A stretch of DNA of 23,153 nucleotides, taken from positions 1-23,153 of the IMG/VR virus record IMGVR_UViG_2791355197_000001; one strand, given 5' to 3'. Under the pieces are notes generated by a model. The model was not told the origin of the DNA. It was given only the letters and a program-made list of their open reading frames with translations, and did no database searches. Origin of the DNA: a virus. This document shows positions 1-6,396 of this stretch, piece after piece; the stretch's first letter is position 1, and every line of letters starts with the position of its first letter. Made by a program: the position numbers and the translations under genes.

Positions 1-231
1 ATGTCGATCGACGAACTCGCCGCAGCAAAGGAGGCGGCCAGAGCCGAATTCGAGGCCGCCTGCCGATCGCAGACGATCACCGAGGCGGAATTCAATCCGA
101 TCCGGGAACGGTACATCGCGGCGATGCGCCAGCACCACGACGCCTGCGCGCCGCTCTGGCAAGGCAATCCGATCGAGCTGGCGCCCGAGGTCTATGCCGG
201 CCGCCCCATTCCAGTTTATGGCGCGGGCTAG
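1..231 (+). CDS. hypothetical protein (possibly 5'-partial)
   Basis: 76-aa ORF with GC-rich third codon positions; 3' end overlaps the tRNA-Gly 3' end. Confidence 0.55.
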   Translation: MSIDELAAAKEAARAEFEAACRSQTITEAEFNPIRERYIAAMRQHHDACAPLWQGNPIELAPEVYAGRPIPVYGAG

Positions 232-293
232 GAGAATCGAACTCCTACCTCCTGGGTGGAAGCCAGGCGCGCACCCCAGTACGCCAAGCCCGC
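219..293 (-). tRNA. tRNA-Gly(TCC)
   Basis: Acceptor GCGGGCT/AGCCCGC, anticodon arm CCTGG CTTCCAC CCAGG, TTCGATT T-loop, CCA. Confidence 0.92.
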
Positions 294-397
294 AAAGAAA
301 AACGTGGAGAGAGCTCGAATTCGGCTCAAGATTTGCCGGCGTAGCGGTTAGCCTAGTCCCCTATCGGCGCGTGTATCGCTGTAAGGGGAGTTTTTGT

Positions 398-559
398 ATG
401 AAGTACGTTCTACTCGCGATTCTGGTGGCGGCTGCCGCCACGCTCTACGTGGTCATCAGCAAGGGCGCTAAGCGGTCGTTTACCGAGGACTGGTTTGCAG
501 CGACGTTCTGGGCGACGGTTGGTGCAGGATTGCTCGCCGCCTTTTTTCTGTTCGCGTAG
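398..559 (+). CDS. small two-TM membrane protein
   Basis: MKYVLLAILVAAAATLYVVI...FWATVGAGLLAAFFLFA, two hydrophobic segments. Confidence 0.6.
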   Translation: MKYVLLAILVAAAATLYVVISKGAKRSFTEDWFAATFWATVGAGLLAAFFLFA

Positions 560-620
560 TCGATTGGCGAAGACGAGAGCCTGGTAATCCGCTTTTGACC
601 AAAGCCCGCGCGGAGTGAAG

Positions 621-1028
621 ATGAAGGCGCTCTATTGGCTTTTCGTAGGCGGCATCCTTTGGTTGTTCGCATATGTATTCGTTGATGCGGAGGGGCCCGC
701 TCCACCTCTCCATTGGGAGCCATATGCCACCAACAAAGAAAGCGGAAAGCTCGTTTGGGTTTGGGCTGGTCCATATGCTACTCGCGACGAATGCATGTTC
801 AACGCGAGGAAAGATCCGCAGAATTCCGCATCGAGAGAGCCGCTTGGCTGCTTGTACTTCGGCTATCAGAACCGGTACGTGCAGTGGATCGTCAACTCAC
901 TAGTTGCGCCTGGCGATTGGCGCTGTATCGCCCGCATGACCAAACGCGAGAAATTTGACGACCCGGTCTTTCAGCCGATCCTGCGCGACGGAAACAGCGA
1001 GGGCGACGGCTGGAAGTGCGATCTTTGA
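621..1028 (+). CDS. membrane-anchored/exported hypothetical protein
   Basis: GGAG upstream, N-terminal hydrophobic helix, Cys-containing soluble part. Confidence 0.7.
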   Translation: MKALYWLFVGGILWLFAYVFVDAEGPAPPLHWEPYATNKESGKLVWVWAGPYATRDECMFNARKDPQNSASREPLGCLYFGYQNRYVQWIVNSLVAPGDWRCIARMTKREKFDDPVFQPILRDGNSEGDGWKCDL

Positions 1029-1030
1029 AT

Positions 1031-1117
1031 TGGCGGAGAGGACAGGGATCGAACCTGCGCGTCCCGAAGGACTCGGCGCCTTAGCAAAGCGCTGCCTTAC
1101 CGCTCGGCCACCTCTCC
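1031..1117 (-). tRNA. tRNA-Ser(GCT)
   Basis: GGAGAGG/CCTCTCC acceptor, loop TTGCTAA, long variable arm, G73-CCA. Confidence 0.95.
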
Positions 1118-1169
1118 AAAAGCTGATACAAGGCTGGCTTTGCAGCCAGCGCGACAAGTCGGATTACCC

Positions 1170-1479
1170 ATGGATGAACTGAAGAAATTCACGAATTGGT
1201 GGAGCTTGATGGCGGCCGCAGGCGTCGCGATCCTCATCGCAGCCATTAACCAACAGAACCCAGCCGGAATGTATTTCAGGGCTGCTGCTCGGCGGCATCG
1301 GCGAATGGATCTGCAGGCCGACGCGCACTGAAATCGTTCGCGGCGCCGTACCGGGCCAGTTCATCAAACACATCAGCACCCCGTGGAAGCCGAAGCTTCT
1401 CGGCATCGTATTCGATCTCGCCGGTGCCGTGGCGGTTGCGCGCGCAATCTACTTGGTCTCAATGGCCGCCTCGCATTGA
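1170..1479 (+). pseudogene. frameshifted membrane protein gene
   Basis: MDELKKFTNWWSLMAAAGVAIL...GMYF continues in another frame near 1278 as GLLLGGIGEWICRP...LLGIVFDLAGAVAVARAIYLVSMAASH*. Confidence 0.6.
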
Positions 1480-1484
1480 CCGCG

Positions 1485-1561
1485 TGGCGATCGCCGCCGG
1501 AGTCGAACCGGCAACCTCCGGGATAGGAGCCCGGCGCTCTGTCCAGTTGAGCTAGGCGACC
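1485..1561 (-). tRNA. tRNA-Arg(CCT)
   Basis: Cloverleaf; anticodon arm CCGGG CTCCTAT CCCGG; CCA. Confidence 0.93.
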
Positions 1562-1571
1562 CCGGAGCGCG

Positions 1572-2234
1572 CTAGCCTTCCAATTCGGCGTGATCTCGTT
1601 CGGAACCAAGCGTTCGATCGATGATCGGGCGGCAAGCCTTCTCGATCGCGTCGACGAACGTTTTCACCCGCACATCAACTCGGTTCGCGTCTTTGATCTC
1701 TTGCTGGTAAACTTCGGCCATCCCCTCCCACACGTCGCACTCCATGCGCGTCCGCCGGTCCTGCGCATTCGGCCCGATGAATGGTCGGTAGCATAGCTCC
1801 TGGGCGGACACGACCACGAAGGCTCTGGCCTCGCGAGCTGCCTGAAAAAAGTCCGCCGCCTCGACGCCAAATAACGCTATATATCGGGGCCGAAACTTCG
1901 CTAGCCTCTCGAACAGATCATCGTGATTCTGAACTCTCTTGAGGATCGCGTAAAATGAACCACGAGCGCTGTACGAGGCGTCGTTCTCTCCTTCCCGCCG
2001 CGGCATATCCGCATACTCCGACCCGAAGGTACCGGAACTGCGGATGATCGAGAATGCCTCCTGAACCTCATAGGCGAGCTCGAGCGCTTGTATTGCGATA
2101 TCGATCCGTTTCTCCTCAATCTTCTCCCGCTTCCATCGGTCGAATGTGCGGAAGCCAAAGTATGCAATGCCGATAGTCACGCAGAAGCCGACGATGGTTA
2201 GCACATGTGTCCAGCCAAACGCCCAAGGGTCCAC
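1572..2234 (-). CDS. N-terminally membrane-anchored hypothetical protein (~220 aa)
   Basis: GTG start after AGGAGG; TM segment then helical domain; the longer ORF call runs through tRNA genes. Confidence 0.75.
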   Translation of the reverse strand: MDPWAFGWTHVLTIVGFCVTIGIAYFGFRTFDRWKREKIEEKRIDIAIQALELAYEVQEAFSIIRSSGTFGSEYADMPRREGENDASYSARGSFYAILKRVQNHDDLFERLAKFRPRYIALFGVEAADFFQAAREARAFVVVSAQELCYRPFIGPNAQDRRTRMECDVWEGMAEVYQQEIKDANRVDVRVKTFVDAIEKACRPIIDRTLGSERDHAELEG

Positions 2235-2280
2235 AGCAACCTCCTGCAATCTGTTGGCGAATCGTCCGAAGCTTACACTG

Positions 2281-2355
2281 TGGCGAGCGCACGAGGACTC
2301 GAACCCCGATTCCGGGCTTAGAAGGCCCGCGCCTATCCCGTTGACGGATGCGCCC
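2281..2355 (-). tRNA. tRNA-Arg(TCT)
   Basis: Anticodon arm CGGGC CTTCTAA GCCCG; T-loop TTCGAGT; CCA. Confidence 0.92.
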
Positions 2356-2404
2356 TTTCCACCGGCGTGCGAAAGATCTGAAGAATGATCTTCGATTTTG
2401 GCGT

Positions 2405-2479
2405 TGGAGTTCCAGGGCGGATTCGAACCGCCGTGCACGGTTTTGCAGACCGGCCGATAGCCCCTCTCGGCACTGGAAC
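2405..2479 (-). tRNA. tRNA-Cys(GCA)
   Basis: GTTCCAG/CTGGAAC acceptor, loop CTGCAAA, U73-CCA. Confidence 0.9.
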
Positions 2480-2483
2480 GAAT

Positions 2484-2561
2484 TGGCAGGGGATGACGGA
2501 TTTGAACCGCCGATGCCGCGTTCAGAGCGCGGTGCTTTGGGCCTGGCTAAGCTAATCCCCA
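2484..2561 (-). tRNA. tRNA-Gln(CTG)
   Basis: Anticodon arm CCGCG CTCTGAA CGCGG; U1:U72 mismatch; CCA. Confidence 0.92.
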
Positions 2562-2599
2562 ATGGTGGAGCGAGGCGCGTGCGCCCCGCTCGATTGTCG

Positions 2600-4222
2600 T
2601 CAGCGGATGAAGTCGGCCATCACCGCCGGCGCGCCGGCGTCGAAGCCGACAACATCAAGCATGCCGGCATCGCTCTGGTCCGCGATCGAGAACCCGGTCG
2701 ACGTCATGCCGACAACCACCAGCTTGGCCGGGATACCGGTCTTCTGGCGGTACTGCTTCAGCGCCTGCACCGGGTGCACCCCACCGGCCCAGGTTTCGTT
2801 GTCGGTGTAGACAAAGAACGCGTCGACCTCGAGTCCCTTCTCCAGCGCGTAAAGCATCGGGAGCGCGCAGTCCGTGCCGCCAAACGGCAGGTTGGAGACA
2901 GCCCGCACGGCGTCCGTAAGACGCTGACGCGGCGAGATGGCCAACGGCGTCAGACCCGCCTCGCCCCCTCCCCAGCGGCCGCCGAAGTGTCGCTGGGAGT
3001 GTCCGGCCGAGGTGAAGCCAACCACATGGGTCTGCCTCTCCGTTGCCATGGTCACCAGCGCCAGCGCCGCGGTGGCATCCCGGCACGAGATCGGAGATCC
3101 CATGATCGGCGCCGTCATCGAACCAGACACGTCGAGCGCGATGAGCACCCGCTTCCCGCTCGCCTTCACGTTCGCAAACGCCTTGTAGAAGGCGCCGTCG
3201 AGCGCATCGATCACAGCCCTGGACGGAACCCAGGAGCCGGATCCGCGAACGCTCCGATCCGACGAGTAAACCGCCATGGCCAGCAGGATCGAGAACGGGT
3301 GCAGGCGCGACTTCCGGATTGCTCCCTCGTCGCCCAACCGCTCGACCACGAGCGCCTCGGCCAACGACAGCGGGGCGATGGTGCCGAGCCGAGTCATGTT
3401 GCCGAGATTGCGGACCAGCGCGCCAAGTCCAAGCGTCGGCAGCATGGCGCGCCATGCGTCCGGATCGGCGTTGTACTCGCTCGGGATCGCCTCCCAAGGC
3501 AGCCTTGCGGCCGCGATGAGATCGAGCAGGTCCTTCTTGCTGGTGCCCGAGCTCATGGCCTTGAGATGCGCCTGCACGATGGTCGGCAGGTCACCATGCG
3601 GGTCGAGCCCACGCATCCAACGATACAGGGCGATGCGCGCCGGCGACTCCAAAGCCGCCGGGTGAGCGGTCTGGAGCAAGCGCTTGTGCGAGTAGCTCTC
3701 GCGCTCGCGGTACTTGATCGCCTGGTACGCGACGTCATCCAGGGACTTCGAGTTGTACCAGTTCGCGATCGCCGTCTTCAGTGACCGACCCCAGCCGCGG
3801 CCGAGCGCGCGCGCAGCCTTCACGAACTGGAACAGATGCGTCGCGGTGCGGCAGACGCGCGGTACCGCGGCCAACGCCAGCTTGCGCACGGCCTGGTCGG
3901 GATGCGCGGCGCCGATCGCCAGCACGAAGATGGCAGGATCGTTCTTCGGCGCCCGGCCCTCGTCCGAGATTTCGACCGTTCGGGCGACGGTGCGTGCCGC
4001 ATCCGCAGCAAAGCAGCGGTCAACGACCTTGGCGTTCTCGCGGGTGAGCGCCGGCGCCGTCTGGTAATACGTCGGCGCATCGCTGCCGAGGATCAGGAAA
4101 CGGTCGAGCCGTGCCCAGTCATCGATCGCGAAAACGAAACCACCGGCATTGTTCTGCACCTGGCGCTCATTGAGCGCCTCGATCTGCGGTACCGGCTTTG
4201 AGACGATATCGGCGTACTTCAT
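2600..4222 (-). CDS. rsr: Ro60-related RNA-binding protein (TROVE + vWA domains)
   Basis: N-terminal QVQNNAGGFVF..RLDRFLILGS..TYY, vWA MIDAS DVSGSM, GGTDCALPM, VYTDNETW, C-terminal MLDVVGFD; 540 aa; GAGGAGG RBS. Confidence 0.96.
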   Translation of the reverse strand: MKYADIVSKPVPQIEALNERQVQNNAGGFVFAIDDWARLDRFLILGSDAPTYYQTAPALTRENAKVVDRCFAADAARTVARTVEISDEGRAPKNDPAIFVLAIGAAHPDQAVRKLALAAVPRVCRTATHLFQFVKAARALGRGWGRSLKTAIANWYNSKSLDDVAYQAIKYRERESYSHKRLLQTAHPAALESPARIALYRWMRGLDPHGDLPTIVQAHLKAMSSGTSKKDLLDLIAAARLPWEAIPSEYNADPDAWRAMLPTLGLGALVRNLGNMTRLGTIAPLSLAEALVVERLGDEGAIRKSRLHPFSILLAMAVYSSDRSVRGSGSWVPSRAVIDALDGAFYKAFANVKASGKRVLIALDVSGSMTAPIMGSPISCRDATAALALVTMATERQTHVVGFTSAGHSQRHFGGRWGGGEAGLTPLAISPRQRLTDAVRAVSNLPFGGTDCALPMLYALEKGLEVDAFFVYTDNETWAGGVHPVQALKQYRQKTGIPAKLVVVGMTSTGFSIADQSDAGMLDVVGFDAGAPAVMADFIR

Positions 4223-4255
4223 GATTGGCCTCCTCAGGGTTGGCGAGGCCGATCA

Positions 4256-4338
4256 ACTAGAACGAACGTGAGAGCGGAGATCGGTGTTGGTTCACATTTT
4301 CAAGGTGCGATAACCGAAGTCCTGGGGCTCGTTCTAGT
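4256..4338 (-). ncRNA. Y RNA-like gene 4 (short; apical CTTGAAA loop)
   Basis: CTAGAACGAGCCCCAG..TCGGTTA..CCGATC..CGTTCGTTCTAG terminal stem; same motif set as the other three units; adjacent to rsr. Confidence 0.75.
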
Positions 4339-4371
4339 GGATCAACCTCGAAAGGACGGACCAGTTTGCAA

Positions 4372-4475
4372 GGGCCGAGCGTCAATTTGAGATCGGTGCA
4401 CCGATCTTGCGATCGGTTGCCGGTTTCCTGGCCGGCGGCTTCTGGAGGATAACCGAAACTCGTGGGGCTCGGCCC
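4372..4475 (-). ncRNA. Y RNA-like gene 3 (two internal hairpins)
   Basis: GGGCCGAGCCCCAC..TCGGTTA..CCGATC..CGCTCGGCCC; nested in an extended outer stem 4355-4492. Confidence 0.75.
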
Positions 4476-4513
4476 CAGCAAACTGGTCTGTCGATGAACC
4501 CTTCGAAAGAGAC

Positions 4514-4647
4514 CGGACGAACATGATGGCGAAGATCGGGTTTTAGCGCTCTACTAGGCTGAGCTACGTCACCTTTCGGCAACGACTGGATTTGAACCAG
4601 CGACCTCTACCTCCTGAAGGGTAACCGACACTTCTGGGGCTCGTCCG
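4514..4647 (-). ncRNA. yrlA: YrlA-type Y RNA (Ro-binding stem plus circularly permuted tRNA-like domain)
   Basis: T arm GCTGG TTCAAAT CCAGT precedes an acceptor-like stem closed by GAAA (CGTTGCC/GGTGACG), followed by D arm TAGCTCAGCCTAGTAGAGC; terminal stem CGGACGA/TCGTCCG. Confidence 0.9.
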
Positions 4648-4657
4648 ATACTTTGAA

Positions 4658-4724
4658 GGGCGAACGTAAGAACGGCGATCGGGGGTTTCATTAACAGTGA
4701 AAACCGAAAGCCTGGGGCTCGCCC
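4658..4724 (-). ncRNA. Y RNA-like gene 1 (minimal, 67 nt; apical CTGTTAA loop)
   Basis: GGGCGAGCCCCAG..TCGGTT..CCGATC..CGTTCGCCC with apical hairpin TTTCA CTGTTAA TGAAA. Confidence 0.75.
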
Positions 4725-4808
4725 AAAAGTTGAGCCTCAACGGATAGATGGCACAGCGAAGATTCGCCGCGCCGATTTTGTCGGCAGTTATCCACCGCCG
4801 ATTGTCTT

Positions 4809-4885
4809 TGGTCGGGGCAGCAGGATTCGAACCTGCGACCTGCGGTACCCAAAACCGCCGCGCTCCCGGGCTGCGCTATGCCCCG
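4809..4885 (-). tRNA. tRNA-Pro(TGG)
   Basis: CGGGGCA/TGCCCCG acceptor; arm GCGGT TTTGGGT ACCGC; CCA. Confidence 0.95.
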
Positions 4886-4892
4886 TTGATGA

Positions 4893-4971
4893 TGGCGCCC
4901 ACGGCAGGAGTCGAACCTGCATGCTCCAGTTACGGTACTTGTGCTTCGTAGGCACAGCCGGTTACGTGGGC
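4893..4971 (-). tRNA. atypical tRNA-Arg(ACG) lacking a canonical D arm
   Basis: Acceptor GCCCACG/CGTGGGC, arm TGTGC CTACGAA GCACA, perfect T arm and CCA; only 8 nt between acceptor and anticodon arm; 19-nt variable region. Confidence 0.75.
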
Positions 4972-5160
4972 GAAATTCTGCCTCGCCGAGGTTTCCCCTC
5001 GACTTCTCGTCTCGCTACGGGCGGCAATCGCCTGAGACCGGCCGATCGCTCCGGTCCGCCGCGAGATCACGTCCAGCGCTGCGCAGATCCGCGCGCGGCC
5101 GAAGAAGTTGCCGGCACTGACCGGCTCTCCACCACGTACCTCACGGGGCCCGCTTCGAAT

Positions 5161-5235
5161 TGGCACTGCCAACCGGACTCGAACCGGCGTTCTCCGCTCG
5201 AGAGGCGGGCGTCCTAGCCGCTAGACGATGGCAGC
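5161..5235 (-). tRNA. tRNA-Glu(CTC)
   Basis: D arm GTCTAGCGGCTAGGAC; loop CTCTCGA; CCA. Confidence 0.93.
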
Positions 5236-5275
5236 ATGTCCCCGATAAGCTACGGTCCTCAACAGGAGGTTCCAT

Positions 5276-5497
5276 ATGGCAGACAAGCTTTCACCAGAAG
5301 GCGAAGTTCTTGCTGCGCATATTGCGGCGACCACCGCGGCATTCCAGGTGCTCATTCTCACGCTTCGGAACAACGGAGCGCTCGATCACAACGAGTTTCC
5401 CGAAGCCCTGCATATGCATATGGAGAAATCCCGGGATCGCCTAACACCGATGACTTTGGCGCTTCTCCACGATCTGCGACGCGCACTGATGGACTGA
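5276..5497 (+). CDS. small hypothetical protein antisense to the tRNA array
   Basis: AGGAGG RBS; 73 aa; fills the gap between tRNA-Glu and tRNA-Asn. Confidence 0.75.
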   Translation: MADKLSPEGEVLAAHIAATTAAFQVLILTLRNNGALDHNEFPEALHMHMEKSRDRLTPMTLALLHDLRRALMD

Positions 5498-5499
5498 AC

Positions 5500-5575
5500 T
5501 GGCTCCCGCCGCACGATTCGAACGTGCCTTCCCCGGTTAACAGCCGGGCGCCCTCACCGAGATGGCTCGACGGGA
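5500..5575 (-). tRNA. tRNA-Asn(GTT)
   Basis: TCCCGTC/GGCGGGA acceptor; arm CCCGG CTGTTAA CCGGG; G73-CCA. Confidence 0.92.
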
Positions 5576-5637
5576 ATATGCAGGTCCAGCACCGACCGGC
5601 AGGTCGACCGCAAATCGGCAGGCGGTGCTGGTGATGA

Positions 5638-5710
5638 TGGTGGAGCACCTCGGGATTGAACCGAGCTCAGCTTGCTTGCAAAGCATGCCCGCGGACCCAG
5701 CGCGTGCCCC
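5638..5710 (-). tRNA. tRNA-Ala(TGC), reduced D arm
   Basis: G3:U70 pair in GGGGCAC/GTGCTCC; loop TTTGCAA; A73-CCA. Confidence 0.88.
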
Positions 5711-5796
5711 GATAGGTTTACAGTTTCGGCGATCAGGTTGACGTTTTCGCCGATACGGTTGTCAGTTTGGCCGATCTGATTGACAGCTTCGGCGAT
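5711..5796. repeat. 4 x ~21-bp degenerate tandem repeat
   Basis: GATAGGTTTACAGTTTCGGC / GATCAGGTTGACGTTTTCGCC / GATACGGTTGTCAGTTTGGCC / GATCTGATTGACAGCTTCGGC. Confidence 0.75.
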
Positions 5797-5798
5797 AT

Positions 5799-5873
5799 TG
5801 GTGCCCGGAAATGGAATCGAACCACTGACGCGCACGCCTTCAACGTGCCGCTCTACCGCTGAGCTATCCGGGC
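5799..5873 (-). tRNA. tRNA-Phe(GAA)
   Basis: GCCCGGA/TCCGGGC acceptor; arm GCACG TTGAAGG CGTGC. Confidence 0.95.
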
Positions 5874-5905
5874 AAATTGCGAGTTTGCGCAAATGCGCAA
5901 GTTGA

Positions 5906-5979
5906 TGGTGCGGACAGCGGGAGTCGAACCCGCGCTGCCGGTGTGGCACACCGACCGACTACCGTAATCTTTTGTCCGC
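5906..5979 (-). tRNA. tRNA-Gly(GCC)
   Basis: GCGGACA/TGTCCGC acceptor; loop GTGCCAC; A at position 8. Confidence 0.88.
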
Positions 5980-5983
5980 GAAT

Positions 5984-6068
5984 TGGTGGGTAACCCTGGA
6001 ATCGAACCAGGCAGGCGCATAGGCGCAGGCTTTACAGGCCCGCTCAGTCCCCAGACTTGGCGTTACCC
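5984..6068 (-). tRNA. tRNA-Tyr(GTA)
   Basis: GGGTAAC/GTTACCC acceptor; loop CTGTAAA; long variable arm. Confidence 0.9.
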
Positions 6069-6088
6069 AAAGATGAGAATCGGAGACG

Positions 6089-6301
6089 TCAATCCATGAC
6101 GTAAGACGGCAGAGGCTTGAAGAGAACGGCGCGGACCGCGCAGTCCTTCGCCTCGAGGAGCTTGCGCAATGCCGTTGTGCTCTCCGGGTTAGCCGGCAGT
6201 TCGGCCGCCAGTTTCCTGGCCATGTCACCAAACGGCTTGCTCACCGACTGTAGATGCGGCGGAAGATGCTCGTAGGCGAAGAACTGAAGCAGCGCGTCCA
6301 T
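6089..6301 (-). CDS. small phage helical-hairpin protein (possibly Acb2/Tad1-like)
   Basis: GAGGAG RBS; motif FFAYEHLPPHLQSVSKPF...ALRKLLEAKDCAVRA, which I recognise as a common phage family. Confidence 0.8.
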   Translation of the reverse strand: MDALLQFFAYEHLPPHLQSVSKPFGDMARKLAAELPANPESTTALRKLLEAKDCAVRAVLFKPLPSYVMD

Positions 6302-6318
6302 GGCGATCTCCTCAAGAT

Positions 6319-6396
6319 TGGTTGCGGGGGCACGATTTGAACGTGCGGCCTCCAGGTTATGAGCCTAGCGAGCTACCGGGCTTGCTCCACCCCGCG
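6319..6396 (-). tRNA. initiator tRNA-fMet(CAT)
   Basis: CGCGGGGTGGAGCA 5' end, C1:A72 mismatch, loop CTCATAA. Confidence 0.93.

Noticed and set aside
305-330. Additional tRNA starting TGGAGAGAG
   Set aside because: Only a short palindromic hairpin; no cloverleaf.
2235-2438. N-terminal extension of the 288-aa ORF
   Set aside because: It overlaps tRNA-Arg and tRNA-Cys; the RBS supports GTG at 2234.
2348-3784. 478-aa plus-strand ORF and other ORFs overlapping rsr
   Set aside because: Antisense shadows of a GC-rich gene with Arg-rich nonsense composition.
4545-4605. Ordinary tRNA or pseudo-tRNA
   Set aside because: The T arm precedes the D arm and there is no CCA end; it is the YrlA domain.
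4612-4619. Opal/Sec (TCA) suppressor anticodon in YrlA
   Set aside because: The register is ambiguous (CAG fits a 7-nt loop) and the RNA has no acceptor end.
4256-4724. CRISPR array interpretation of the repeated GGGGCTCG/GATCGG/AACCGA motifs
   Set aside because: The repeats are discontinuous motifs forming stems, unit lengths vary (67-134 nt), there are no cas genes, and the context fits Y RNAs.
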